28,178 nucleotides of DNA from assembly GCA_033549025.1 (NCBI GenBank), contig JAWSUS010000032.1, positions 1 through 28,178 on the forward strand, read 5' to 3'. The notes under the pieces are model-generated. The model ran no database searches. It had not been told where the DNA came from and worked only from the letters and a program-made list of their open reading frames with translations. Below, piece by piece: positions 18,585 to 26,752 of the stretch. The DNA comes from Desulfuromonadales bacterium (GTDB taxonomy: Bacteria > Desulfobacterota > Desulfuromonadia > Desulfuromonadales > SZUA-540). Position 1 is the first letter of the stretch. Each line of letters begins with the position of its first letter. A program made the translations under genes and the position numbers.

Positions 18585-20657
18585 TCAGGCTGAACGGGTG
18601 GCTGGGCAGGCGGTGCGCATGAACGCCTGCACGACCTCGGGGTCGAATTGTTGCCCCGATCTTTCCTGCAGGTGGGCCATGACCACGTTGTGGGGCCAGC
18701 CCCGGCGGTAGGGGCGGTCGGAAATGAGAGCGTCGTAGACATCGGCCACGGCCAGGATGCGCGCTCCCGGCGCAATCTCTTCGCCCTTGAGACCGCGGGG
18801 ATAGCCCTGGCCGTTGAACCATTCATGGTGCTGTTCGACAATCGGCAGCACGTCACGATAGGCCTGAATGGGTTCGAGGATGCGCACCCCCTTTTCCGGG
18901 TGGGTGTTGATGATGGAATATTCCACCGAATTTAAAGGGACGGGTTTCTCCAAAATGGCATTGGGAACCCCGATCTTGCCGATGTCGTGCAGCAGGCTGG
19001 CGCGATGCAACAGATCCAGATCGGCCACGGACAGGCCGAGGGTGCGACCGATGGACAGGGCCAGGTTGGTGACCCGTTCCGAATGTCCCGCCGTCCAGGA
19101 CGATTTGGCGTCAACCGTGCGCGCCAGGGCGGTCAGCGTGCCGTAGTTGAGGTCGGCCAGTTCCTCGATGAGCCGGATGTTGGCCAGGGCGACGGTAATC
19201 TGATCGGCTATGGCCCGCGATCGCACGCGATCCTCCCTGCTCAGGTGCGGCGCTGTCCAGTAGCCGAGCAGCAGGGCGCCCTGGATACTGCCGTTGTGGT
19301 GAATGGGCAGGACAAAGAAGGAGTTGGCTCCCTTGCGGGCCAGGGGGGAAAGAAGGTTGGGCAACAGGTCCACGGCCTCGGTAAAAAAGGCGTCCTCGAT
19401 TTGACGCAGGGTCTGGATTTCCGTCGCCTCGAGCCGGCAGGCGTGTGTTTCTTTTGGCGCCGTCTTTTCCCCGGCCGGGGCGGCGAGAGAGGTGCTGAAC
19501 CGGCCCTCTTGGCCCTCCGCCAGGGTCAGTCCCACCCAGTCACAGCGCACGATATGGGGGAGGCGAGTCAGAACGGCCTGGATCAATTTCTCGCGGTCCA
19601 GCGCGACCAGAATGGCCCGGATGGTTTGTCCCATTTCGTTCAGGGTGTAAAACTGACTGTCGAGTTCTGTGGCCATGGCGTTGAAGGACTGGGCCAGTTC
19701 GGCGAACTCGTCCGTACTGTCGACCTCCACGGTCTGGCTGAAGTCGCCCTGACCCAGCCGACGGGTACCTTCCTTGAGCCTCTGCAGGGGCACCAGGCTG
19801 CGGCGGATAAAAATCGCACTGACCAGCAGGACGCTCCACAGAGAAACGGCCGCGACCAGATAGAAGGTTCGGCGAAAACTGTAGAGGGAAACCAGCGAGA
19901 CCTCGCGGGGTTCATGCAGGGTAAGAATCCAGTCCTCTTCGGTAAAATAATCGCCCGGAGACACGGTGACCTGGTCGACCAGGCAGCCGCGGTCTTCGCA
20001 CCGGCTCGCGAGCGGATTCGGCGGGAGTGAATACGGGGGGGTATAGAGCCGCTGCCCTGCGCTGGTGGCGACGAACAGGTTGGTGTGAGGGGGCAGGGCC
20101 TGGGCGGCTTTTTCAATAAGCGTCCGGGGTGAAATCTGGGCCCACAGGAGTCCGGCTGCGGAGGTGGCCGGGTCGAGTCGCACGGCCAGATAGACGAAGA
20201 GATTTTCTTCTCCCGTTGCCGGGACCCAGAGGATGGCCTGGTTTTTCCCCTTCCCGGTGAGTTCGCGGGGGGGAGGCTGCCAGTTGGGGCTCTGCTCCCC
20301 CGACAAAAGCACCGGTCCAGCCCCCTCGGTGAAGAGGGCGAGGCTTTCCAGAGGCAGGCTCAGGTCAAAAGCATAGGAGCTGAAGCGGGCGGAGAAGGTG
20401 GCCGGATCGGCCTGATAGGAGTGCGCCAGCAGATGAAGTTCCTGGTGCAGAACCATAAGTTGTTCGTGAAGGAGCAGGCCGACGTTCTGACCCGTCTGGC
20501 GCAGACGCTGACGGGCCTGGTTTTCCAGCTGGTCGGCCACACGCTGGTAGGAAATCAAGGCCAGGGTGGTGACCGGCAGAATGGTACAGACCAGAAAGAC
20601 CAGAAAGATTCGGCGTCCCACCCGGCTATGGAAGTAGGTCTTCAGTCGCTTCATCAT
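18585..20657 (-). CDS. Membrane HD-GYP phosphodiesterase (periplasmic sensor, HAMP, GAF-like, HD-GYP)
   Basis: TAGHSERV, LHDIGK, HHEWFNGQGYP and ADVYDALISDRPYR motifs; two TM segments; HAMP GDFS..DEFAELAQSFN. Confidence 0.92.
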   Translation of the reverse strand: MMKRLKTYFHSRVGRRIFLVFLVCTILPVTTLALISYQRVADQLENQARQRLRQTGQNVGLLLHEQLMVLHQELHLLAHSYQADPATFSARFSSYAFDLSLPLESLALFTEGAGPVLLSGEQSPNWQPPPRELTGKGKNQAILWVPATGEENLFVYLAVRLDPATSAAGLLWAQISPRTLIEKAAQALPPHTNLFVATSAGQRLYTPPYSLPPNPLASRCEDRGCLVDQVTVSPGDYFTEEDWILTLHEPREVSLVSLYSFRRTFYLVAAVSLWSVLLVSAIFIRRSLVPLQRLKEGTRRLGQGDFSQTVEVDSTDEFAELAQSFNAMATELDSQFYTLNEMGQTIRAILVALDREKLIQAVLTRLPHIVRCDWVGLTLAEGQEGRFSTSLAAPAGEKTAPKETHACRLEATEIQTLRQIEDAFFTEAVDLLPNLLSPLARKGANSFFVLPIHHNGSIQGALLLGYWTAPHLSREDRVRSRAIADQITVALANIRLIEELADLNYGTLTALARTVDAKSSWTAGHSERVTNLALSIGRTLGLSVADLDLLHRASLLHDIGKIGVPNAILEKPVPLNSVEYSIINTHPEKGVRILEPIQAYRDVLPIVEQHHEWFNGQGYPRGLKGEEIAPGARILAVADVYDALISDRPYRRGWPHNVVMAHLQERSGQQFDPEVVQAFMRTACPATRSA

Positions 20658-20704
20658 GGCAAATGGCCACTGTCCAAAAACCGCTTATGGAGAACTGTCA
20701 TCAC

Positions 20705-20736
20705 AAAAAAATCCCGTCTTGCAGCCGAAGACGGGA
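20705..20736 (-). terminator. Intrinsic terminator forming the riboswitch expression platform
   Basis: Minus strand TCCCGTCTT-CGGCTGC-AAGACGGGA-TTTTTTT, between the aptamer and the HD-GYP start. Confidence 0.88.
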
Positions 20737-20776
20737 CCGATTCAGGGAATATGAAGGTCTGAATCCCATTACTGTG

Positions 20777-20870
20777 CTTCGGCAGCCCGGCGGTCCTGGC
20801 CTCAAGAGGATGAAAAGGATCCGTGGCTTTGCGTCACCAGATTGCTCGGGTTTTGCGTTTTCGGCGAAAT
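20777..20870 (-). ncRNA. Cyclic di-GMP-I (GEMM-I) riboswitch aptamer
   Basis: Minus strand CGAAAACGCAAAACC-CGA-GCAA-TCT-GGTGACGCAAAGCCACGGATCC...GGACCGCCGGGCTGCCGAAG. It has a GNRA-capped P2, the GACGCAAAGC junction and a 3' GCCG end, and sits in the leader of a cyclic-dinucleotide turnover gene. Confidence 0.9.
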
Positions 20871-20891
20871 GTTTTTTAATCCGCATCGGCG

Positions 20892-20920
20892 ATATTGACC
20901 AGTTTTTACCCCATGGTCAA
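20892..20920 (-). promoter_or_regulatory. Putative sigma70 promoter for the riboswitch/HD-GYP transcript, overlapped by an inverted repeat
   Basis: Minus strand TTGACC-N17-CAATAT. It is overlapped by TTGACCA-N12-TGGTCAA (20895-20920). Confidence 0.5.
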
Positions 20921-21087
20921 GGACTTTTACGCCCAATGATTCTAACCCTTTAAAAAAGCTCAAGGTATCCTGGTCTTAAAATCCGGCCCTTTGCCGATAA
21001 AGGAGCCGATGAAAACTTGACCAAAGCGGTTCGCTGCTTTACAGTGTCTGGCCCGAAACGAGTTGATTAATCAAGGAGTTCAGCCCC

Positions 21088-22794
21088 ATGGAAAATATCG
21101 AACTGCCCGGCCGCAAGAAAGTCGGCCATCTGACCCTGCACCGCGATGCGCGCACGATCACTCCCAAGGAGTTCAATCTGCTCAGCCAGGCCGAGCGCCT
21201 GGAGATTGTGCGGCTGGCCTCCGGCAGCCATAAATACAACCTGATCATCGAAGCCAAGGATCCCGCCGCGCTGGTACGCAAGCTGCCGAGCCAGGAAGTC
21301 TACCTGCTGCTCCGGGAGAGAGGGCTGGAAGAGTCGACGGAGCTTATCGAATTGCTCACCCCCGCCCAGATCGGCACCTTTATCGACCTCGACTGCTGGC
21401 AGGGCGATCAGATGAAACCCGAGGCCGTGCTCAACTGGCTGGTTCTCCTGCTCGAAACCAAGAACGAGCAGCAGGTTCTGAAGCTGGCCCAGAGCATGGA
21501 GTTCGAGCTGCTGGTGATGATGCTCAAAAGGTTCGTTACCGTGACCCAGGGCCTGGAGGCCTTTGAAGACGACGACGCCCTGCAGGAAGCCATGTTCCGC
21601 GACGGCGGCTACGAACTGGAGTTTGCCGATTCGGAGAGCGCCAAGATCGTCGGCGCCTTTCTCGACACCCTGCGCCGGCTGGTCCCCGAATTCTACCCCC
21701 GTCTCATGGAGGCGGTGCGCTGGGAATCAGACTCCATGCTGGAGGAAGAAACCTACCAGAACCGCTGCAGCCGCCTGCAGGATCTGGGCATCCCCGATCC
21801 CTTTGAGGCATTGAAGGTCTACGCTTATCTTGACCCCGAGCAATTCGCGGGGATCGCCGTCGCCAAAAAGGACGTTGTGGCGGGGCAAGCCGACGTGGTG
21901 CCTCCCGGCTTCATTCTGACGGTGAGCGAGCCCGGCGATCTGCTGGCCGAGGTTCTCGCCGACGGCCTGGACGAGCCGACCTGTTGGGAGCTGACCTATC
22001 TGCTCAACAAGGTGATGAGCGCCGATCGCGTCGATGTGGGGGAGACGGAGCAGATCAAGGGGGAAATGGCCGAGATCTTCCACTACCTCAACCTGGCCCT
22101 GCAGCACCTGGCCGGCGACGATGTGGAGACGGCGACGCAGCACTTCAAGGAAAACTATCTGGAAAACCTTTTCCGTCTCGGCTTCAGCCTCACCCTGCAG
22201 TTGCAGCGCCGCGCCAAAGCCCTGCTGGCTTCGCCTCTGACCCCGTATCTGGACGGACCCTTCCGCGCCCTGACCGACGCCCTCTGCCAGCGCAAACCGC
22301 GCTTTTTCGAAGGCCTGCTCGAATTCAATCGCGGCGGGCAGCGCCCCTTCGCCAACCTGAGTGAAGTGAAACTGGCCGGCGAGTGGCTCGACCGGCTGGA
22401 AGTGCAGCGTCACCTTTTCACCGAGCAGTTCCCCTTTGCCCTGCCCGAACCGGCGGCGCTGGACCTGTCCGGCTGCATGCCCGACGATGCCGACGATCTG
22501 GCCCTGTCGGACTTTTTCCTCACCGCCCTGGCCAACCGGCTTCTGGGCCGCGCCTTCGTGCCCGAACCGATCGCCGCCGACGAACTGCCCGGCCTGCACG
22601 CCCTCGTGAGCGAAGGGGGGCAGCTGCGCCCGGCCCTGCGTCAGGAGACGGCCCAGTGGCTGGAGAGCCTGGTGCCTGGCGGCGGCGCCTTTGCCGATTA
22701 TTGTCTCGATCTCTGGCAGGAGGAATTCTGCACCCTTAAGCCCGAGGACATCGACCCCCGCTATGTGGGCGGGCTGATCGTGCGCCTCGGCTGA
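21088..22794 (+). CDS. Conserved hypothetical protein, probably DUF6178 family
   Basis: 568 aa with AAGGAG RBS. FIDLDCW, LEEETYQNR..RLQDLG.PD and LFRLGFS patterns are ones I associate with this deltaproteobacterial family. Confidence 0.65.
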   Translation: MENIELPGRKKVGHLTLHRDARTITPKEFNLLSQAERLEIVRLASGSHKYNLIIEAKDPAALVRKLPSQEVYLLLRERGLEESTELIELLTPAQIGTFIDLDCWQGDQMKPEAVLNWLVLLLETKNEQQVLKLAQSMEFELLVMMLKRFVTVTQGLEAFEDDDALQEAMFRDGGYELEFADSESAKIVGAFLDTLRRLVPEFYPRLMEAVRWESDSMLEEETYQNRCSRLQDLGIPDPFEALKVYAYLDPEQFAGIAVAKKDVVAGQADVVPPGFILTVSEPGDLLAEVLADGLDEPTCWELTYLLNKVMSADRVDVGETEQIKGEMAEIFHYLNLALQHLAGDDVETATQHFKENYLENLFRLGFSLTLQLQRRAKALLASPLTPYLDGPFRALTDALCQRKPRFFEGLLEFNRGGQRPFANLSEVKLAGEWLDRLEVQRHLFTEQFPFALPEPAALDLSGCMPDDADDLALSDFFLTALANRLLGRAFVPEPIAADELPGLHALVSEGGQLRPALRQETAQWLESLVPGGGAFADYCLDLWQEEFCTLKPEDIDPRYVGGLIVRLG

Positions 22795-22803
22795 GGCGAT
22801 TTT

Positions 22804-24504
22804 TCAGGACGACAGGGGAATCTCCCGCACTTCCAGCCCCTGGCCGGTGCGGGTGAGGTAGAGATAGAGCAGAATGGTTCGGGCGGGAACATCGTGCAGG
22901 TGGTCAAAGGCGGCGGCAAAGTGCTGCACCTTGACCCCCTGACCCTTGACGGCGGCGGTCTCGGCCTGCACCCGCTCGCGGACGCGGGCGCTCTCCGCTG
23001 CTGTCAGCGCCGTGTCGAAAAAGGCCGGCGCCTTCTCCGGCACCACCCGTTCGGTCAGGGCGAAATCCCGTGCCAGCTCTTCCCGCAGACGGTCTTGCAG
23101 GGGCCCTTCAAACGTTTCGGCCACAAACTCCCCCATTCTTTCGAACAGACCCCGCTGTGACAGCGGATGCCTGAACAGTTCCCGCGCCTGCCAGTAAGCC
23201 TCAATCCTTTCCAGCCCGGCCGAAAGGCTGCCGCAGGCCTCTTGCAGACATTCCAGAAAATGCCGGAAGCGGCCGCTGTTGGCCGTCAGATCGAGCAGCC
23301 GGCTGATGCCTCGCAGGGTTTCCAGCTGCTGGAAGCTCAGCTCGGGGGTGCGCAGTACCGTGTAGGGCGGATGGGGATCGAAGGCGATGCCTCGGGCGGC
23401 CGCCTGCCTTCGCAGGGGCGCGCCGGGCAGCAGCTTGACCAGCTCGACCTGCAGCTCGTGGGGGTGCAGGTCGAGCACCCGGTCGATGGAGTGCAGAAAG
23501 TCGTCATAGCCTTCACCGGGCAGGCCGGCGATGAGATCCAGATGCAGGTCGACCTGGGTGTGGCGGCGCAGGACGCGCACGTTCTCTTCGAGCTTCTGCA
23601 GGGAGACCTGGCGACCGATAGCCGACAGGGTCTGGGGCAGGGTCGATTGCACGCCGATTTCGAACTGGAACACGCCCGGCGGCACCTGGGCGAGCAGCTC
23701 CAGCGTTGCCTCATCGAGGAGATGGGCGCCGATCTCGAAGTGAAAATGGCTGCCGCGATTGTGCTCCAGAATGAAGCGGAAGATCTCACGGCTGCGGGCG
23801 GCGTCGTAGTTGAAGGTGCGGTCGACCAGCTTGATGCGCGGCACCTCGCGGGCCATGAGCCAGCCCAGATCGGCGCGGATGCGCGCCATGGAGTAGGAGC
23901 GCACTTTCTCGTCGAGGGCGCTCATGCAGAAGGCGCAGCTATAAGGGCAGCCTCGGCTCGTTTCCGTGTAGACAAAGCCGCGGGAGATATCGACGAGGCC
24001 ACGTTCGAAAGGGGAGGGGATGTCGTCGAGATTGTCGAGCACCGGCCCGTCCGCCTCGTTGACGAAGGGCTCCCCGTCGCGCCAGAGCAGGCGGGCGATC
24101 CCCCGGGGGGACTCCCCTTGGTGCCAGGTCCGCAGCAGGGCCCGCAGGGGGATTTCCCCCTCGCCGCGCACCACGGCCGCCACGCCGGGGTGGAGGCGCA
24201 GAAAGTTTTCGTCCTCAAAAGAGACTTCCGGGCCGCCCAGCACAAGGCGCAGCTCGGGACGCGCCGCCGCCAATGCCGCCACCAGCTCCAGGGTGGCCTG
24301 CCGGTTCCACAGGTAGACGGAAAAAGCCACCACGTCGGGCTCTTCCCGCAGCAGAGCGGCCAGGATATTCTCCTTCGGCTCGTGCAGGGTGAACTCGCGG
24401 ATGAGGATTTCACCGCAGTCTTCGCCGCAATAGGCGGCGAGACAGGGCAGGGCCAGGCTGGGGTGGATGAATTTGCTGTGCAGGGTGGTCAACAGGGTTC
24501 GCAT
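22804..24504 (-). CDS. B12-binding radical SAM protein (DUF4080-type)
   Basis: SKFIHPSLAL, FSVYLWN and GGPEVS (cobalamin-binding domain), plus ETSRGCPYSCAFC and HLDLIAGLP. Confidence 0.88.
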   Translation of the reverse strand: MRTLLTTLHSKFIHPSLALPCLAAYCGEDCGEILIREFTLHEPKENILAALLREEPDVVAFSVYLWNRQATLELVAALAAARPELRLVLGGPEVSFEDENFLRLHPGVAAVVRGEGEIPLRALLRTWHQGESPRGIARLLWRDGEPFVNEADGPVLDNLDDIPSPFERGLVDISRGFVYTETSRGCPYSCAFCMSALDEKVRSYSMARIRADLGWLMAREVPRIKLVDRTFNYDAARSREIFRFILEHNRGSHFHFEIGAHLLDEATLELLAQVPPGVFQFEIGVQSTLPQTLSAIGRQVSLQKLEENVRVLRRHTQVDLHLDLIAGLPGEGYDDFLHSIDRVLDLHPHELQVELVKLLPGAPLRRQAAARGIAFDPHPPYTVLRTPELSFQQLETLRGISRLLDLTANSGRFRHFLECLQEACGSLSAGLERIEAYWQARELFRHPLSQRGLFERMGEFVAETFEGPLQDRLREELARDFALTERVVPEKAPAFFDTALTAAESARVRERVQAETAAVKGQGVKVQHFAAAFDHLHDVPARTILLYLYLTRTGQGLEVREIPLSS

Positions 24505-24671
24505 GCCGGCCAGAATAGCCGAGGGCGCTCTCCTTGAAAAGGGGAAATTGCCGCTGCCGGCGCAATTGTGCTATGTTCCCAGACGTTCCCGCCGCGCACC
24601 AGGGTGAGGGAGCGATTCTCAAAACACAGGTCCGCCGCCACAGGCCGCTGCGGACAGAAAAGGATAGAACG

Positions 24672-26003
24672 ATGGCGAGAAAAAAGACCCTGCTGGCCGT
24701 GGTCGCCGACGAAAGCGGCGAGGTTTTCGAACACCCCGATCTGCTCATGGCGGGCATGAACGGTATGACCCCCCGCCTGCCACGTGAGGACGAGCTTATC
24801 CCCCTGCCCGAAGGCAGCCGGCTTTTCACCATTCCCGGAACCCCGCCCATGGGCTTCGACCGCAAATCAGGCCAGCTGCGCACCGTCGATGCCCTGCCGC
24901 GCAGTTGGGGCGGCGGCCCCATGCAGGCCGTCTCCGCCTTTATGACTCCCGCCTTCACCCGCACCTTGCTGCCCGCCGCCGATTACCAGCGCAAGGCGGT
25001 GCAACTGCCGCTGTGGGCTTACACGGCGGTGGGCTGGTGTGTCGAGGAAGAACGCTTTTACGTGGCGGCCGTGCGCGTCGATCACAACAACCAGTGGGAT
25101 CCCCAGCACTTCGACGACCGCAAGCTCGACCCCCTCGTGCGGGCCACCCTGCGCCAGTACCCCGACAACCGCCTCTACGAGCAGCTCTCGCGCTGCGCCG
25201 TCGATTACCACTGCTTCGCCGCCAAAAACCTCTTCTTCGCCCGCTGGGAAGCCCCCCTGCCGACCTCGCCCACCTGCAACTCCCGCTGCCTCGGCTGCAT
25301 CTCCCTGCAAGAGGCCCCCGAGTGCTGCCCCTCCAGCCAGGAGCGCCTCACCTTCGTCCCCACGGTGCAGGAACTCTGCGAGGTCGCCGTCCCCCATCTG
25401 CAGCAGGCCGAAAACGCCATCGTCTCCTTCGGCCAGGGCTGCGAGGGTGATCCCATCCTGCAGGCCGACACCATCTGCGACGCCGTACGCGAGATGCGCC
25501 GCCAGACCCCACGCGGCACCATCAACTTCAACTCCAACGCCTCCATCCCCGCCGCCATCGACCGCCTGGCCGCAGCCGGCGTCGACTCGGTGCGCATTTC
25601 CCTCAATTCCGTACAGGAACCCTTCTACAACGCCTACTACCGCCCCCGCGGCTACCGCTTTGCCGACGTCATCGACTCGGTGCACCGCGCCAAACAAGCC
25701 GGCATGTTCACCATGCTCAACTACCTCGTCTACCCCGGCCTCACCGACCGCCCCGACGAAGTCGAAGCCCTGCTCGCCCTCATCGAGTCCGCCGGCGTCG
25801 ACCTCATCCAGATGCGCAATCTCAGCATCGACCCCACCATGTACTGGGACGCCATGGGCGTTTCGGGCGAAGGCATGGGGATGAAAAAGATGCTCGACAC
25901 GGTCAAAACAAAAGTCCCACGCATTCAGTACGGCTACTTCAACCGCACCCGCGAGATGTTTTACCCAACTGGATACGAGACCGACTGGCCGTTGCCTGCT
26001 TGA
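24672..26003 (+). CDS. Radical SAM protein of unknown function
   Basis: CNSRCLGC motif, SFGQGCEGDP and DLIQMRNL. Start placed at MARKK behind an AAGGA RBS. Confidence 0.88.
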   Translation: MARKKTLLAVVADESGEVFEHPDLLMAGMNGMTPRLPREDELIPLPEGSRLFTIPGTPPMGFDRKSGQLRTVDALPRSWGGGPMQAVSAFMTPAFTRTLLPAADYQRKAVQLPLWAYTAVGWCVEEERFYVAAVRVDHNNQWDPQHFDDRKLDPLVRATLRQYPDNRLYEQLSRCAVDYHCFAAKNLFFARWEAPLPTSPTCNSRCLGCISLQEAPECCPSSQERLTFVPTVQELCEVAVPHLQQAENAIVSFGQGCEGDPILQADTICDAVREMRRQTPRGTINFNSNASIPAAIDRLAAAGVDSVRISLNSVQEPFYNAYYRPRGYRFADVIDSVHRAKQAGMFTMLNYLVYPGLTDRPDEVEALLALIESAGVDLIQMRNLSIDPTMYWDAMGVSGEGMGMKKMLDTVKTKVPRIQYGYFNRTREMFYPTGYETDWPLPA

Positions 26004-26041
26004 GGGAGGGCGTCAAGGTTAGCGGTAAAGATGGCGACACC

Positions 26042-26071
26042 TCAGGAATTTCCTGACTTTTCTTTATTTTT
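26042..26071 (+). terminator. Probable terminator at the boundary of the AT-rich island
   Basis: TCAGGA-ATT-TCCTGA followed by CTTTTCTTTATTTTT. Confidence 0.45.
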
Positions 26072-26140
26072 GATTGCGGTAGGATAGGTGAGATTAAAAA
26101 GCGTAGGGATGAAAGTCTTCTTTTATCGAGCTTGAGTTTG

Positions 26141-26167
26141 GCAGTAATTGCCTAATTCTTGTTATGC
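26141..26167 (+). other. attI-like integron recombination site
   Basis: GCAGTAATTGCCTAATTCTT-GTTATGC: a GTT core preceded by a CCTAA L-box-like half site (compare attI1 CCCTAAAACAAA-GTT). It lies about 30 bp before the HNH gene, and there is no upstream RYYYAAC to make it an attC. Confidence 0.45.
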
Positions 26168-26189
26168 GAAAAAGTGAAGTGGTCTACTG

Positions 26190-26504
26190 ATGGCGAATAA
26201 TTGGAATATCCCGGCTTGGCTAGAAAAGGAAGTCCGAGAAAGAGACAAAGCCTGTGTGTACTGCGGGAATGAATTTGTGTCCCCTAAAGTGTCGGCCAAG
26301 TCATCAGCCAGCTGGGAACACATAATAAATGATGCAAAAATAATAACCCGAGAAAATATCGCCCTATGCTGTCGTGGGTGTAATGCTAGCAAGGGACAAA
26401 AAGCAGTATCTGTATGGCTGGCGACAAAATATTGCCAGGAGCGTGGTATTAATGGACAAACTGTAGCGCCACTAATCAAACAGGCGATTTCCAATGGACA
26501 ATAG
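26190..26504 (+). CDS. HNH endonuclease, probable gene cassette
   Basis: RDKACVYCG...WEHII...NIALCCRGCNASKG. Low GC; followed 6 bp after the stop by ATATAAC. Confidence 0.85.
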   Translation: MANNWNIPAWLEKEVRERDKACVYCGNEFVSPKVSAKSSASWEHIINDAKIITRENIALCCRGCNASKGQKAVSVWLATKYCQERGINGQTVAPLIKQAISNGQ

Positions 26505-26510
26505 CGTCCC

Positions 26511-26733
26511 ATATAACAAGGCGCGTGTTCGGATGAAAACTATGCTATTGCATTCAATAAGAAAATGGGGGAGTGTCCCAAGTTTTTCCTTCACCGGTCT
26601 GCCAAAGCTGCCAGACCTTCTGCCGATCATGAGGCGTTAACCGAATGTTTTTGTGCATGACCATGTTTACAAAATCCTCCCCTCGATATTATCGGATTCT
26701 GTAAACAACGCGTCAATTTCTTACACGTTAGGC
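26511..26733 (+). other. Disrupted attC site (left arm about 26511-26535, right core GTTAGGC at 26727-26733)
   Basis: ATATAAC-AAGGCGC...TCGGA resembles an attC left arm. A textbook GTTAGGC core sits 19 bp before the next gene. An IS481 remnant lies between them. Confidence 0.55.
26588..26725 (-). mobile_element. IS481-family remnant (left end plus about 25 transposase codons)
   Basis: TGTAAGAAATTGACG end at 26725. ORF 26664->26554 reads MVMHKNIRLTPHDRQKVWQLWQTGE-GKTWDTPPFSY*. Bases 26652-26726 are identical to 1-75. The left boundary is approximate. Confidence 0.8.
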
Positions 26734-26752
26734 AAAAAACAAGGGCGTATAA

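Noticed and set aside
20974..21012. Sigma28 (FliA) promoter from the perfect GCCGATAA at 20993-21000
   Set aside because: The nearest TAAA is 12 bp upstream rather than 15, so the -35 spacing does not fit.
11220..24537. Long antisense ORFs (e.g. 11220-12635, 16566-18383, 18987-20030, 23167-24537)
   Set aside because: These are shadow frames of high-GC genes with recognisable products on the opposite strand, and they have no motifs of their own.
26004..26150. Integron integrase remnant or Pc promoter upstream of the attI-like site
   Set aside because: No tyrosine-recombinase-like coding fragment and no convincingly spaced -35/-10 pair were found by eye.
1..26726. 75-bp direct repeat (1-75 and 26652-26726) as att sites or a composite transposon bracketing 26.6 kb
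   Set aside because: The repeat is an IS481 left end with different flanks at each copy. The enclosed DNA is core-type (rpoH, bamD, msrA) at host GC, with no integrase. Independent insertions are the simpler explanation.
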